Assembly: GCA_021810565.1 (NCBI GenBank)
Contig: JAJZIM010000008.1
Location: 7,883-71,882 of the forward strand
Length of the DNA stretch: 64,000 nucleotides
From: Bacillota bacterium
GTDB taxonomy: Bacteria > Bacillota > Sulfobacillia > JAJZIM01
Direction of reading: 5' to 3'
Part shown: piece by piece, positions 46,924-56,252 of the stretch
Position numbering within the stretch: position 1 is the first letter of the stretch
Layout of the letters: every line of letters starts with the position of its first letter
Notes under the pieces: generated by a model
Database searches by the model: none
What the model was told of the DNA's origin: nothing
Seen by the model: the letters and a program-made list of their open reading frames with translations, nothing else
Program-made: the position numbers and the translations under genes

Positions 46924-47029
46924 CTTCTTGCGCCCGGCCCGGGAACCCCGCTCCCCGGACCGGACTTCACACCTCCTGCTCGTAATTTCGTCGGCAACAT
47001 CCCTCGGGGCTGACCACGATCTCTCGGCG

Positions 47030-47554
47030 CTACCCGGCCGCCTCCCGGGCGTCGCGCACCGCCGCCAGAACGAAGACCGCCTGGCGCAGGGGCGCTTGCA
47101 GCACCGAGGCGAAGTTGGCGATGGGGGCGTTCAGGGCGCCGGCCACCCGGGCCAACAGTACCGGCCGCTCCGGCAGTCCGGCCAGTTCCCGCACCGCGTC
47201 GGGGCCCACCACCCGTCCCTCCAGGATCCCCGCCTTGACCTCCAACTCCCGATGCTCCCGGATGAACTCCACCAGCAGCTTGGCCGGCAGCACCGCATCC
47301 TGGGCGCTGAAGGCCAAGGCCGTGGGACCCTCCAGAAACTCCTCCAGGCCCTCCACTCCCACCTGGCGGGCCGCCAGGCGGATGAGGGTGTTCTTCACCA
47401 CCCGGTACTCCACACCGCTCTCCCGCAGCTTGCGCCGCAGTGCGGTGGTCGCTCCCACGCTGAGCCCGGCGAAGCGGGTGAGCACCACCCCCTGGGCGGC
47501 GGCCAGCTTCGCGGCCACCTCGGCCACCGTTCGTTCCTTCTCCGGCGTCGGCAA
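47030..47554 (-). CDS. rplJ: 50S ribosomal protein L10
   Basis: TTG start after AGGAGGTG; [21 protein letters not shown]. Confidence 0.98.
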   Translation of the reverse strand: MPTPEKERTVAEVAAKLAAAQGVVLTRFAGLSVGATTALRRKLRESGVEYRVVKNTLIRLAARQVGVEGLEEFLEGPTALAFSAQDAVLPAKLLVEFIREHRELEVKAGILEGRVVGPDAVRELAGLPERPVLLARVAGALNAPIANFASVLQAPLRQAVFVLAAVRDAREAAG

Positions 47555-47577
47555 TAGCGCACCTCCTGTTCCAAAAT

Positions 47578-47662
47578 CAAAAGGTCCTGCCCGCGAGGCA
47601 AGACCTGAGCGGTCCGGCCTCGGTGGGATATTGAGCGTCCGCGACGCACCCACTGTCTCAAG
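47578..47662 (-). promoter_or_regulatory. L10 leader (rplJ autoregulatory RNA)
   Basis: GAGACAGUGGG...AAUA.CCCACCGAGG matches the L10-leader core and is followed by a hairpin and U-run upstream of rplJ. Confidence 0.75.
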
Positions 47663-47693
47663 CCCGACGTGCGATGAAACCCGGCCGGGGCCG

Positions 47694-48404
47694 CTAGTCG
47701 CGCACCTTCGCCCCGCTGGCCCGCAGCGGGTCGACCTTCACCCCGGGTCCCATGGTGGTGGACAGGCTCACGCCCCGGACATACTGCCCCTTGGCCGCCG
47801 CCGGCTTGGCCTTCAAGAGGGCGTCCATCAGGGTAGCGAAGTTGTTGAGCAGATCCTCCTCCGAGAATGAGGCCTTGCCGATGGGGGCGTGGACGATCCC
47901 CGCCTTCTCCGTCCGGTACTCGATCTTGCCGGCCTTGATCTCCCGCACGGCACGCTCCACCTCGAAGGTGACGGTGCCCGTCTTGGGGTTGGGCATGAGG
48001 CCGCGCGGCCCCAGAATGCGTCCCAGCTTGCCCACCGCGGCCATCATGTCCGGGGTGGCCACCGCCACGTCGAAGTCGGTCCAGCCGCCCTCGACCTTGG
48101 CCGCCAGGTCCTCAGCCCCCACGAACTCGGCCCCCGCCTGCTCCGCCTCCTTGGCCTTCTCCCCCTTGGCGAACACGGCCACCCGCACCTTTTTGCCGGT
48201 GCCGGCGGGCAGGGAAACCGCTCCCCGCACCATCTGGTCGGCATGCTTGGGGTCCACCCCCAGCCGCACGGCCGCCTCCACCGTCTGGTCGAACCGTCCC
48301 CCGGCCGTCTGCTTGACCAGGGCCACGGCCTCCTCCGGCAGGTAGGCCCGCCGCAGATCCACCAGCTTGGCCGCGTCCTGATACCGCTTACCCCGCTTGG
48401 CCAT
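47694..48404 (-). CDS. rplA: 50S ribosomal protein L1
   Basis: [25 protein letters not shown]. Confidence 0.99.
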   Translation of the reverse strand: MAKRGKRYQDAAKLVDLRRAYLPEEAVALVKQTAGGRFDQTVEAAVRLGVDPKHADQMVRGAVSLPAGTGKKVRVAVFAKGEKAKEAEQAGAEFVGAEDLAAKVEGGWTDFDVAVATPDMMAAVGKLGRILGPRGLMPNPKTGTVTFEVERAVREIKAGKIEYRTEKAGIVHAPIGKASFSEEDLLNNFATLMDALLKAKPAAAKGQYVRGVSLSTTMGPGVKVDPLRASGAKVRD

Positions 48405-48421
48405 CCTCGCTTTACCTCCGT

Positions 48422-48847
48422 TCAGTCGCCGACCTCGATGCCCATGCTGCGGGCGGTGCCTTCCACCATGCGCATGGCCGCCTCGAGATCGGTGGTGTTG
48501 AGGTCCGGCAGCTTGAGCTGGGCGATCTCCTGCACCTTGTTCCGGGCCACCCGGCCCACCTTCTCCTTGTTGGGGACCCCCGAGGCCTTCTCCAGGCCGG
48601 CCGCCTTGAGCAAAAGCACCGACGCCGGCGGGGTCTTGGTCACGAAGGTGAAGGAACGGTCCTCGAAGACGGTGATCTCCACCGGCACGATCATGCCCGC
48701 CTGGGCCGCCGTCCGCTCGTTGTAGTCTTTGCAGAAGGCCATGATGTTCACCCCGTGGGGCCCCAGGGCCGAACCCACCGGCGGCGCCGGCGTGGCCTTG
48801 CCCGCCGGTATCTGCAGTTTGACCACCGCCGCTACTTTTTTGGCCAA
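48422..48847 (-). CDS. rplK: 50S ribosomal protein L11
   Basis: [18 protein letters not shown]. Confidence 0.99.
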   Translation of the reverse strand: MAKKVAAVVKLQIPAGKATPAPPVGSALGPHGVNIMAFCKDYNERTAAQAGMIVPVEITVFEDRSFTFVTKTPPASVLLLKAAGLEKASGVPNKEKVGRVARNKVQEIAQLKLPDLNTTDLEAAMRMVEGTARSMGIEVGD

Positions 48848-48866
48848 CTTGCGATCCCTCCGCTCG

Positions 48867-49394
48867 CTATATTTCCTCGATCTGCGCCACGTCCACTTCC
48901 AGCGGCGTGTCCCGACCGAACATGGACACCATCAGCTTCAGCTTGCCCTTCTCGGCGTTGATCTCCTCCACCGTGCCCACGAAGCCGGAAAAGGGGCCGG
49001 AGATCACCTTCACCGACTGGCCCTCGCGCACGTTGATCTTGATCCTGGCCTCCTCCATGCCCATCTGCCGCATGATCACAGCCACCTCCTGGGGCGGCAA
49101 CGGCGTGGGCTTGGAGCCGGAGCCGACGAACCCGGTGACCCCGGGGGTGTTGCGCACCACGTACCAGGAGTCGTCGTCCATGATCATCTCCACCAGTACA
49201 TAGCCCGGAAAGATCTTCTTCTTGGTCAGGTGCCGCTTGCCGTCGCGGATCTCGATCTCGTCCTCCATGGGGACCAACACCCGGAAGATCTTGTCCTCCA
49301 TGTTCATGGACTCGACGCGCTTCTCCAGATTCTTCTTGACCTTGTTCTCGTAGCCGGAATAGGTGTGGATGACATACCAGTACTTGTTGTTCAT
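48867..49394 (-). CDS. nusG: transcription termination/antitermination factor NusG
   Basis: [23 protein letters not shown] motif, FGRDTP. Confidence 0.99.
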   Translation of the reverse strand: MNNKYWYVIHTYSGYENKVKKNLEKRVESMNMEDKIFRVLVPMEDEIEIRDGKRHLTKKKIFPGYVLVEMIMDDDSWYVVRNTPGVTGFVGSGSKPTPLPPQEVAVIMRQMGMEEARIKINVREGQSVKVISGPFSGFVGTVEEINAEKGKLKLMVSMFGRDTPLEVDVAQIEEI

Positions 49395-49434
49395 GAGCCG
49401 ACGGCGCGGGGCCGCGCCTTCCCCCCCCAGCCCC

Positions 49435-49638
49435 TCATTTGGTCAGGTAGGTGATGAGCTCGCCGAAGGCCACGTCCGCGATCCAGATCGTCACCCCCAC
49501 CACCAGCACGGACAAAAGCACCACCCCGGTGAAGACGGCGGTCTGGCGCCAGCCCAGCCAGATCACCTTCTTCATCTCCGCACGCACTTCCTTGAAGAAG
49601 CCCGCCGTCCGTTGCGGCAGGGGTACCCGTTGCTGCAT
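49435..49638 (-). CDS. secE: preprotein translocase subunit SecE
   Basis: FFKEVRAEMKKVIW plus one TM, upstream of nusG. Confidence 0.93.
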   Translation of the reverse strand: MQQRVPLPQRTAGFFKEVRAEMKKVIWLGWRQTAVFTGVVLLSVLVVGVTIWIADVAFGELITYLTK

Positions 49639-49690
49639 GCACCGTCACTGCCTTTTCCCAAAAAAAAATAGCTGCATCTTCCCGGAGGTT

Positions 49691-49767
49691 TGGCAGGGCC
49701 GGAGGGATTCGAACCCCCAACCCGCGGATTTGGAGTCCGCCGCTCTACCAGTTAGAGCTACGGCCCT
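49691..49767 (-). tRNA. tRNA-Trp (CCA)
   Basis: AGGGCCG acceptor stem, anticodon loop CT-CCA-AA, GGTTCGAATCC T-arm, encoded CCA end. Confidence 0.96.
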
Positions 49768-49781
49768 GCGTCTTTCCCCGC

Positions 49782-49931
49782 CTACCGCGTCTCGCGGTGC
49801 AGCGTGTGGGTCCGGCAGGAGGGACAATACTTGCGAAGCTCCAGCCGATTCGGGTCGTTCTTCTTGTTCTTGAAGCTGGCGTAGTTGCGATGCTTGCAAT
49901 CGGTGCAAGCCAGGGTGATCATGGTGCGCAT
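49782..49931 (-). CDS. rpmG: 50S ribosomal protein L33 (Zn-binding type)
   Basis: Hand translation [49 protein letters not shown]. Confidence 0.98.
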   Translation of the reverse strand: MRTMITLACTDCKHRNYASFKNKKNDPNRLELRKYCPSCRTHTLHRETR

Positions 49932-49961
49932 GTGTCCTCCCCCCTCCCGAGCCGCTATAAC

Positions 49962-49990
49962 AATTTAGCACTTGCCGCAGGGGCTGTCAA
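49962..49990 (-). promoter_or_regulatory. sigmaA promoter heading the rpmG-secE-nusG operon
   Basis: TTGACA-N17-TAAATT with a TG extension. Confidence 0.7.
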
Positions 49991-50011
49991 CTGTTTCGCC
50001 GATGAAAAGCA

Positions 50012-50087
50012 TGGCGCGCCTAGCAGGATTCGAACCTGCGCACCCGGCTCCGGAGGCCGGTGCTCTGATCCACTGAGCTATAGGCGC
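50012..50087 (-). tRNA. tRNA-Arg (CCG)
   Basis: GCGCCTA acceptor stem, anticodon loop CT-CCG-GA, GGTTCGAATCC, encoded CCA end. Confidence 0.96.
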
Positions 50088-51478
50088 GCTGGCGGAGCTG
50101 ATTCTAACACAGCTTCCCCTTCGGCGCAAGAGCCGCCCCACAGCCGCTCCAAGGCCGCCAGCACCTGCGGGTCCCACAGGGTGCCGGCACCCCGTCGCAG
50201 CACGGCCATGGCCTCCTCCCGGCTGAAGGCCGGCCGGTAGGGCCGCTCCTCCTGCAGGGCATGGAAGGCGTCCACCACCCCGACGATGCGGGCGCCCAGC
50301 GGGATATCCTCCCCGCGGCGCCCCTCGGGATAGCCCGAGCCGTCGTAGTGCTCGTGGTGGTGGCGCACGATGGGCACCACCCGCTCCATGCCCTCCATGC
50401 GCGCCACGATCCCGGCCCCGATCACGGGGTGGCGGCGCATGACCTCCCACTCCGCCTCGTCCAGAAGGCCTTGCTTGTTCAGCACCGCGCCGGGAATGCC
50501 GATCTTTCCCACGTCGTGCAGGATACCGCCCCAGCGCACCGCCTCCGCCTCTTCCGGTGCCAGCCCCAGCTGCTCGGCCAGGCGCGCCGCATCCGCGGCC
50601 ATGCCGTCGCTGTGCCCGCCGGTGATGTGGTCCTTGGCCTCCACCGCGTTGGCCAGGGCCATCACCGCGCTCTCCCGCAGCCGGTTGAGCCGCCGCCAGT
50701 CCGAGCGCAACTCCTCCAGCATCCGTCCGAAGTCGGCGCTGAGGCTCTCCACCTCGTCCCGGGTGGCCAGCACGGGCACCTGAAGGTCCAAGCGTCCCGC
50801 GGCGACCTCCCGGGCGGCCCGCGCCAGCCGGCGCATGGGCACGGCGGTGGTCCAATGGACCATGGCCGCCTGCAGCAGCACCAGGAACAAAAGCACCCCG
50901 CCGCCGGCCAAGAGTCCCCACCGAAACTCGGCAGTCTCCCGCTCCAGGGCGGTCAGGGCGGCCTCGTTGCGCATGCGGATCAGGGAGGACAGGGCGTGCA
51001 CCTGGTTTTGGAGGAAGCGGTAGCGCGCGAGCTCGGTGCCGTTGAGCAGGGCGTAGGCCTGGCGCACCTTCCCCCGGCTCAACAGGGCGAAGACCTGATC
51101 CTCCTGGGCGGCAAAGGCTGCGGCGTCCCGCCGCAAGAGGGCGTAGGCGCGATGATCGGAGGGCAGCACGTGGTAACCCAGCTCCTCCAGCGACGCCGAG
51201 AGCTCCCGCCGGGGCACCGCCGCATCGGCGGCCTCGGCCGCGGGACCGGACGCCCCCAGGGAGGCCGCCCGGAACTGGTCCACCCGCAACTCGGCCAAGT
51301 CGCCGCGGATTTGCCCCAGGTAGTACATGGCCATGACCTGGTTGTAGCCGGCGCGCAGGTCGGTCATGGCCGCGTCCTGGGCGCGCACCGCCAGGAAGCC
51401 CAGCCCCACGAGCACCACCGTCAGGATGCTCACCGCCACCAGGTTCTTTGTGCTGAGGCTAAGACGCCACCGCGCCAT
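50078..51478 (-). CDS. membrane sensor-HAMP-HD-GYP cyclic-dinucleotide phosphodiesterase
   Basis: Two TMs flanking a four-helix-bundle-like extracellular domain; HAMP (PMRRLARAAREVAAG..DEV); LHDVGKIG, HHEHYDGSGYP. Confidence 0.9.
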   Translation of the reverse strand: MARWRLSLSTKNLVAVSILTVVLVGLGFLAVRAQDAAMTDLRAGYNQVMAMYYLGQIRGDLAELRVDQFRAASLGASGPAAEAADAAVPRRELSASLEELGYHVLPSDHRAYALLRRDAAAFAAQEDQVFALLSRGKVRQAYALLNGTELARYRFLQNQVHALSSLIRMRNEAALTALERETAEFRWGLLAGGGVLLFLVLLQAAMVHWTTAVPMRRLARAAREVAAGRLDLQVPVLATRDEVESLSADFGRMLEELRSDWRRLNRLRESAVMALANAVEAKDHITGGHSDGMAADAARLAEQLGLAPEEAEAVRWGGILHDVGKIGIPGAVLNKQGLLDEAEWEVMRRHPVIGAGIVARMEGMERVVPIVRHHHEHYDGSGYPEGRRGEDIPLGARIVGVVDAFHALQEERPYRPAFSREEAMAVLRRGAGTLWDPQVLAALERLWGGSCAEGEAVLESAPPARL

Positions 51479-51564
51479 GCCGTACCCCCGTTCCCGACCG
51501 TTACCACGCCTTTGTCACATTCGCCCTTGAAAGGCGCGGGACCTGCCGCAGGGCCGGCGAACGG

Positions 51565-51837
51565 CTAGCGCCGCTCCAGGAGCAGGAAGGCCCCCAACAG
51601 CACGAAGGCGGCCCCCGCCGCCACGCGAAGGAGGGATCCGGGCAGCCGCGCGGCCAGGAAGGCTCCCAGGGCCACCCCCAGCAGGGAGGAGGACACCAGG
51701 GCCAGCGCGGCCCCGGCGAACACCGCCGCGGGAGCCCGGTAGCGGGCCGCCAGGAGCAGCGTGGTCAGTTGGGTCTTGTCTCCCAGCTCCGCCAGGAACA
51801 CCAGACCGAAGGCGGTGCCCAAAGCCCGCCATTCCAC
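51565..51837 (-). CDS. TMEM165/GDT1 (UPF0016) family Ca2+/Mn2+ transporter, single-repeat form
   Basis: FLAELGDKTQL motif, 90 aa, three TMs. Confidence 0.92.
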   Translation of the reverse strand: MEWRALGTAFGLVFLAELGDKTQLTTLLLAARYRAPAAVFAGAALALVSSSLLGVALGAFLAARLPGSLLRVAAGAAFVLLGAFLLLERR

Positions 51838-51856
51838 CCCATCACCCCCGCCACCC

Positions 51857-51885
51857 GTATATGTCGGCCCCGCCGGCGGATATGC
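51857..51885 (-). promoter_or_regulatory. candidate sporulation-sigma (sigmaE/G-like) promoter
   Basis: GCATATC-N15-CATATAC, 20 nt upstream of the TMEM165 start. Confidence 0.4.
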
Positions 51886-53787
51886 TCAGGGCTTGCCCGC
51901 GGCGGTCGTGGGAGCCGGGGTGGTCTTGGTCGTGGTCTTGGTCGCCGCCGGCTTGGGCTTCGTCAGGTGGAAATAGTAGCGGTAGATGGCCTTGGCCACC
52001 GGCGCCACCTGCACCCCGTAGTACCCGCCCTCCACGTTCACTTCGACGGCGATTTGGGGGTTGTTGGCGGGGGCGTAGGACAGGTAGAAGGCGTTGTTGG
52101 GACCGTTGGTCTGGGCGGTGCCGGTCTTGCCCGCCACCGGGATGGGGAAGCCGGCAAAGACCCCGCCGGCGGTGCCCCCGATGTTGGTTAGGGAGGAGTC
52201 CATGGGACCGGGGTGGGTCTCCAGCTCCATGCCCCGGTGGATGGCCGCCCAGTCGGCCGCCGGCAGGGACACCCGGCCCGCCACCTGGGGATGGAACTGG
52301 CGCACCACCTGGCCGCCGGGGGCGATGATCTTTTGCACGATGTAGGGACGGTAGCGCACGCCGCTGTCGGCGATGGATGCCGCGTAGTCGGCCAGTTGCA
52401 GCACGGTGGCCTGGTCGAAGCCCTGGCCGATGGCCATGTTGTAGTTGTAGCCGGGGTACCAGGGATGGCCGAAGATCTGTTCCACCCAGGCGGCGCTGGG
52501 CACGAAGCCGGCGGTCTCCCCCGGCAGGTCGATGCCCGTGGGGTGGCCCAAACCCATGGCCCAAGCCCAGCGGGCCATGGCGTCGACCCCCGTGCGGTGA
52601 CCCACGGCGTAGAAGAAGGTGTCGCAGGATTGGGCGATGGCCTTGGCCAGGTTGTTGGGCCCGGTGCTATAGGGCAGCCAGTTGTGGGGGTAGGGCGGAC
52701 GCCAGTAGGTGGGCAGGCCCATGATGATGGTGCTGGGGGTGATGGCCCCCGAGGCCAGACCGGCCACCGCCGTGGCCAGCTTCCAGTTGGAGCCGGGGGC
52801 GTAGGCGTCGGAGATGGCCCGGTTCACCATGCGGGAGGGGTGGCTCACGATGATCTTGCCGATCTCCCGGTTCACCTGGGGGGTGCGCCGCTGGACGAAG
52901 AGGTTGGGGTTGTAGCTGGGCAGGTCCACCATGGCCAGCACCTGGCCGGTGTGCACGTCCAGCACCACCACCGACCCGGCGGTGGCCGGTCCCTTGGCCC
53001 CGAAGGTTCCCCGGATGTAGCTCATCTGCTTGGCCAGGGCCTGGTAGGCCACCTCCTGCAGACCCTGGCTGATGGTGAGCTGCAGGGTGTCCCCGGGCAC
53101 CGGCGGCTTGCGGCCCAAGAGCTTGATGGGGTGACCAAGCCGGTTGACCTCCACCTCTTGACCGCCGGGCTTGCCCCGCAGGTAGGACTGGTACTGGAGT
53201 TCCAGGCCGGTCTGACCCACGATGCTGGTCTGCCGGTAGTGCTGTCCCTTCCATGCCGCCAGTTGCTGCGGGCTGATGTCTCCCACGTAGCCGAATACCT
53301 GCGCCCCCACGTCCCCCATGAGGTAGTCGCGCACCGGCTGCGGCTCCAGGAGGATGCCCGGCAGGGAGTTCTTGTGCTCCTCCAGGGCGGTGTATTCTCG
53401 GGCGGACAGGTCCAGGTGCAGCGGCACGGGGCCGTTGATCCCCCAGTGGCTGCGGGACAGTCTGCTCCACAATTTGGTGGTGCTCTGCCCGAAGATGGTG
53501 GCCAGCTCGGAGACCTCCGCCTGGGAGGGCTTCTTGCCCATGTTGAAATAGAAGGCGCCGGTCGCGATGCGGCTCGTCACCAGCACCTTGCCGGTATGGG
53601 AAACTATCTGACCCCGCGGGGCGGCGATGGGCAGCACCTCGATGGGGGTCTCCTCCGCCAGCCGTTTGTAGTGGGCGCCCTGCAGGATCTGCATGAAGGC
53701 CAGGCGGCCCAACAGCAGCACCAACACCAAGGCGATGGCCGCCCCCAGAAAGACGGCCCGACGGCTGAACAGCTCCTTCGTGACCAA
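51886..53787 (-). CDS. class B penicillin-binding protein (PBP2/MrdA-like)
   Basis: N-terminal TM; APRGQI, GQTGLE; SxxK (GSNWK), SCD, KTGTAQ. Confidence 0.92.
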   Translation of the reverse strand: MVTKELFSRRAVFLGAAIALVLVLLLGRLAFMQILQGAHYKRLAEETPIEVLPIAAPRGQIVSHTGKVLVTSRIATGAFYFNMGKKPSQAEVSELATIFGQSTTKLWSRLSRSHWGINGPVPLHLDLSAREYTALEEHKNSLPGILLEPQPVRDYLMGDVGAQVFGYVGDISPQQLAAWKGQHYRQTSIVGQTGLELQYQSYLRGKPGGQEVEVNRLGHPIKLLGRKPPVPGDTLQLTISQGLQEVAYQALAKQMSYIRGTFGAKGPATAGSVVVLDVHTGQVLAMVDLPSYNPNLFVQRRTPQVNREIGKIIVSHPSRMVNRAISDAYAPGSNWKLATAVAGLASGAITPSTIIMGLPTYWRPPYPHNWLPYSTGPNNLAKAIAQSCDTFFYAVGHRTGVDAMARWAWAMGLGHPTGIDLPGETAGFVPSAAWVEQIFGHPWYPGYNYNMAIGQGFDQATVLQLADYAASIADSGVRYRPYIVQKIIAPGGQVVRQFHPQVAGRVSLPAADWAAIHRGMELETHPGPMDSSLTNIGGTAGGVFAGFPIPVAGKTGTAQTNGPNNAFYLSYAPANNPQIAVEVNVEGGYYGVQVAPVAKAIYRYYFHLTKPKPAATKTTTKTTPAPTTAAGKP

Positions 53788-53868
53788 AGGCCAACACCTC
53801 GCCCGCCATTATAGCACGTCGGGGCGGCCCCTCTTTGCGCCGGCTCAGGTCTGCGGATCCGAAAAACT

Positions 53869-54300
53869 TCAGCGGTTGATCAGCACGGGAACCTTGGCCA
53901 ACTGACTGACCCGGCTGCTGACGCTGCCGATGAGCAGGTTGTAGGCCTGGCCGTGGCCGCGGCTGCCGACCACGATCAGGTCGCAGCCCTCCTCCTCGGC
54001 CGTCTGACAGATGGTGGCCGCCACCGAGCCTTCCGCCAGCTTCCCCTGGGCCGCCACCCCTTCCCCGGCGGCCACGGCCACCGCCTCCTCCAGGATCTTG
54101 CGGTAGGCGTCCCGCACCTCCCGCAGCACCTCGTCGGTGACCACCGGCATGGACAGGGCGGTTCCCGCGAACAGGTTCTGGGGCACCACGGTCAGCACCA
54201 AGAGCTGGGAACCGCAAAGCTGGGCCAGGCGCGCGGCCTGTCCCACCGCCCGCGCGGCGCACTCGGAACCGTCCGAGGCCGCCAGGATCCGCTTGTACAT
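53869..54300 (-). CDS. universal stress protein (UspA family)
   Basis: MYKRILAASDGS, DLIVVGSRG, IGSVS..V...AKVPVL. Confidence 0.95.
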   Translation of the reverse strand: MYKRILAASDGSECAARAVGQAARLAQLCGSQLLVLTVVPQNLFAGTALSMPVVTDEVLREVRDAYRKILEEAVAVAAGEGVAAQGKLAEGSVAATICQTAEEEGCDLIVVGSRGHGQAYNLLIGSVSSRVSQLAKVPVLINR

Positions 54301-54692
54301 CAGTCGTCCTCCACCCGTCGGGCGTCCACCCAGTCCTCGATGGCCTCCTCGCTGTAGCCGAAAAGCTTGCCCTCCACCCAATGGTAGAAGACCTGCCGAT
54401 CCCCGGGCGCCACGTCCAGTACCTCGAGCTGCTCCTGGAGCCGCCGCCACACCCGCAGCACCGTCTCCTGATGGGCGTGGCGCACGAAATAGCAGGCCAC
54501 ACCCGCCGGGGCGGGGAACTCCAGGTAGCGGATCCCCAGGTTCAGGGCCAGGTTCAAGAGATCGTTGCGCAGGGCGTTCAGCTGGGCGTCATCGACCGCG
54601 AAGTTGCCCAGGTGGGCCACCGGCTTGATTCCTAAAGACACGCACTCCGCGTAGATCTGAGCCCGTCCCAGGTCCAGCTCCTTATGACCCAC
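54300..54692 (-). CDS. hypothetical protein (GKLFGYSEEAI motif)
   Basis: Fills the gap between fur and uspA with overlaps at both ends; GGAGGTG RBS; protein-like composition. Confidence 0.75.
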   Translation of the reverse strand: MGHKELDLGRAQIYAECVSLGIKPVAHLGNFAVDDAQLNALRNDLLNLALNLGIRYLEFPAPAGVACYFVRHAHQETVLRVWRRLQEQLEVLDVAPGDRQVFYHWVEGKLFGYSEEAIEDWVDARRVEDD

Positions 54693-55155
54693 GCCGCCCC
54701 ACCTCCCCGCTTTCCCGTCGGCACTGGGCGCAGATCCCGTAGAACTTCAGCTGGTGGTCCAGCACCCGAAAGCCGGTGGTGCCCTCGATGGACGCCTCCA
54801 GGCTGTCCAGGAGGTCGTCGGCAAAGCCGGACACCTGGCCGCACTTGACGCAGATCAGGTGATGGTGGTGGTGCTGGTGGAGGTCCCCCTCCGACACCTC
54901 GTAGCGGGTGCACCCGTCCCCGAAATTGATCTTGTGCAGCACGTCCAGCCCCGAGAGCAGCTCCAGGGTGCGGTAGACCGTGGCCAAGCCGATCTCGGGA
55001 TACTGGGTCTTCACCAGGCGGTACACGTCCTCCGCCGACAGGTGCTGCCCCGCGTGGTCCAAGAAGGCACGCAGAATGATCTGGCGCTGCGGGGTCAGCT
55101 TGTAGTCCTGCCCCTGCAACCGATCGTAGATCTCCTGGAGCATGCCGCTGACCAC
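54682..55155 (-). CDS. fur: Fur family transcriptional regulator
   Basis: KLTPQR, HLSAEDVY, GLATVYRTL, HHHHHLICVKCG, YGICAQC. Confidence 0.93.
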   Translation of the reverse strand: MVSGMLQEIYDRLQGQDYKLTPQRQIILRAFLDHAGQHLSAEDVYRLVKTQYPEIGLATVYRTLELLSGLDVLHKINFGDGCTRYEVSEGDLHQHHHHHLICVKCGQVSGFADDLLDSLEASIEGTTGFRVLDHQLKFYGICAQCRRESGEVGRRGS

Positions 55156-55191
55156 ATCCTCGCCCCCCGGTTATCGCGGTTCTCAACCTCG

Positions 55192-55221
55192 ATTATACGT
55201 TTGCCCGGCGGCCCCTGTCAA
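55192..55221 (-). promoter_or_regulatory. sigmaA promoter of the fur operon
   Basis: Perfect TTGACA-N18-TATAAT. Confidence 0.8.
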
Positions 55222-55226
55222 CGCGG

Positions 55227-56162
55227 TCAGACCAGCAGGGCCAGGAGGGCCTTCTGGGCGTGCAGCCGGTTTTCCGCCTGGTCGAAGACGGCGGACGCGG
55301 GACCGTCGATGACCTCGGCCGCCACCTCCTCGCCCCGGTGGGCGGGCAGGCAGTGCAGAAAGACGGCGTCGGGCTTGGCCCGGCTCATCAGGGCGGCGTC
55401 CACCTGGTAGGGGCGAAAGGCCGCCCGGCGCCCCTCCCGCTCGCTCTCCTGGCCCATGCTGGTCCACACGTCGGTGTACACGGCGTCGGCCCCCGCCACC
55501 GCCGCCGCCGGGTCGGTGCCCACCTCCAGGCGCGCCCCGGTCTCCCGGGCGTCCTCCCGGGCCGCGCGCAACACCTCCGGGTCGGGGGCGAAACCCGGAG
55601 GATGGGCCACCCGCACGTCCACCCCCGTCTTGGCTCCGGCGAACAAGAGGGAGTGGGCCACGTTGTTGCCGTCCCCCACGTAGGAAAGCCGCAGCCCCGC
55701 CAGCTCTCCCTTGCGCTCCCGCAGGGTCAGCAGGTCCGCCAAGGCCTGGCAGGGGTGCAGCCGGTCGGTCAGGCCGTTAATCACCGGCACCGTCGCGTGG
55801 CGGGCCAGCTCCTCCGCCTCGGCGTGGGCGAAGGTGCGGATCATGACCGCCGCCACGTAGCGGGACAGCACCCGCGCCGTATCGGCGACGGTCTCTCCCC
55901 GGCCCAGCTGCAGGTCGGCCGCGTTCAGATACAGGGGCTGTCCCCCCAACTGGCCCACCGCCACCTCGAAGGAGATCCGGGTGCGGGTGGAGGGCTTCTG
56001 GAACACCAGGGCCACCGCCTTGCCCCTAAGCGGATGACAATCGGCCCCCTGATCCCCTTTGAGCTGGGCGGCCAAGTCCAAAAGGAGCGCGACCTCGGCC
56101 GGGGTGAAGTCGTGCAGGCTCAGAAAATCGCGGCCCCGCAGGGCGTCGGAAAGCCCGGTCAA
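55227..56162 (-). CDS. argF: ornithine carbamoyltransferase
   Basis: STRT, HPCQ, DVWTSMG, HCLP, QAENRLH. Confidence 0.98.
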   Translation of the reverse strand: MTGLSDALRGRDFLSLHDFTPAEVALLLDLAAQLKGDQGADCHPLRGKAVALVFQKPSTRTRISFEVAVGQLGGQPLYLNAADLQLGRGETVADTARVLSRYVAAVMIRTFAHAEAEELARHATVPVINGLTDRLHPCQALADLLTLRERKGELAGLRLSYVGDGNNVAHSLLFAGAKTGVDVRVAHPPGFAPDPEVLRAAREDARETGARLEVGTDPAAAVAGADAVYTDVWTSMGQESEREGRRAAFRPYQVDAALMSRAKPDAVFLHCLPAHRGEEVAAEVIDGPASAVFDQAENRLHAQKALLALLV

Positions 56163-56252
56163 GGGATCACTCCTTTCGCGCCTTCGCGGCGGCCGCCCCC
56201 CCTGAGCCCGACGGGTGGGATCGGGAACCCAGTTGCCTCCAGGGGACCGCCG

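Noticed and set aside
49691-50087. tRNA genes as prophage or island attachment sites
   Set aside because: No duplicated tRNA 3' end and no integrase seen in the window
55160-55190. Fur box downstream of the fur promoter
   Set aside because: TGAGAACCGCGATAA is too weak a match to the 7-1-7 consensus
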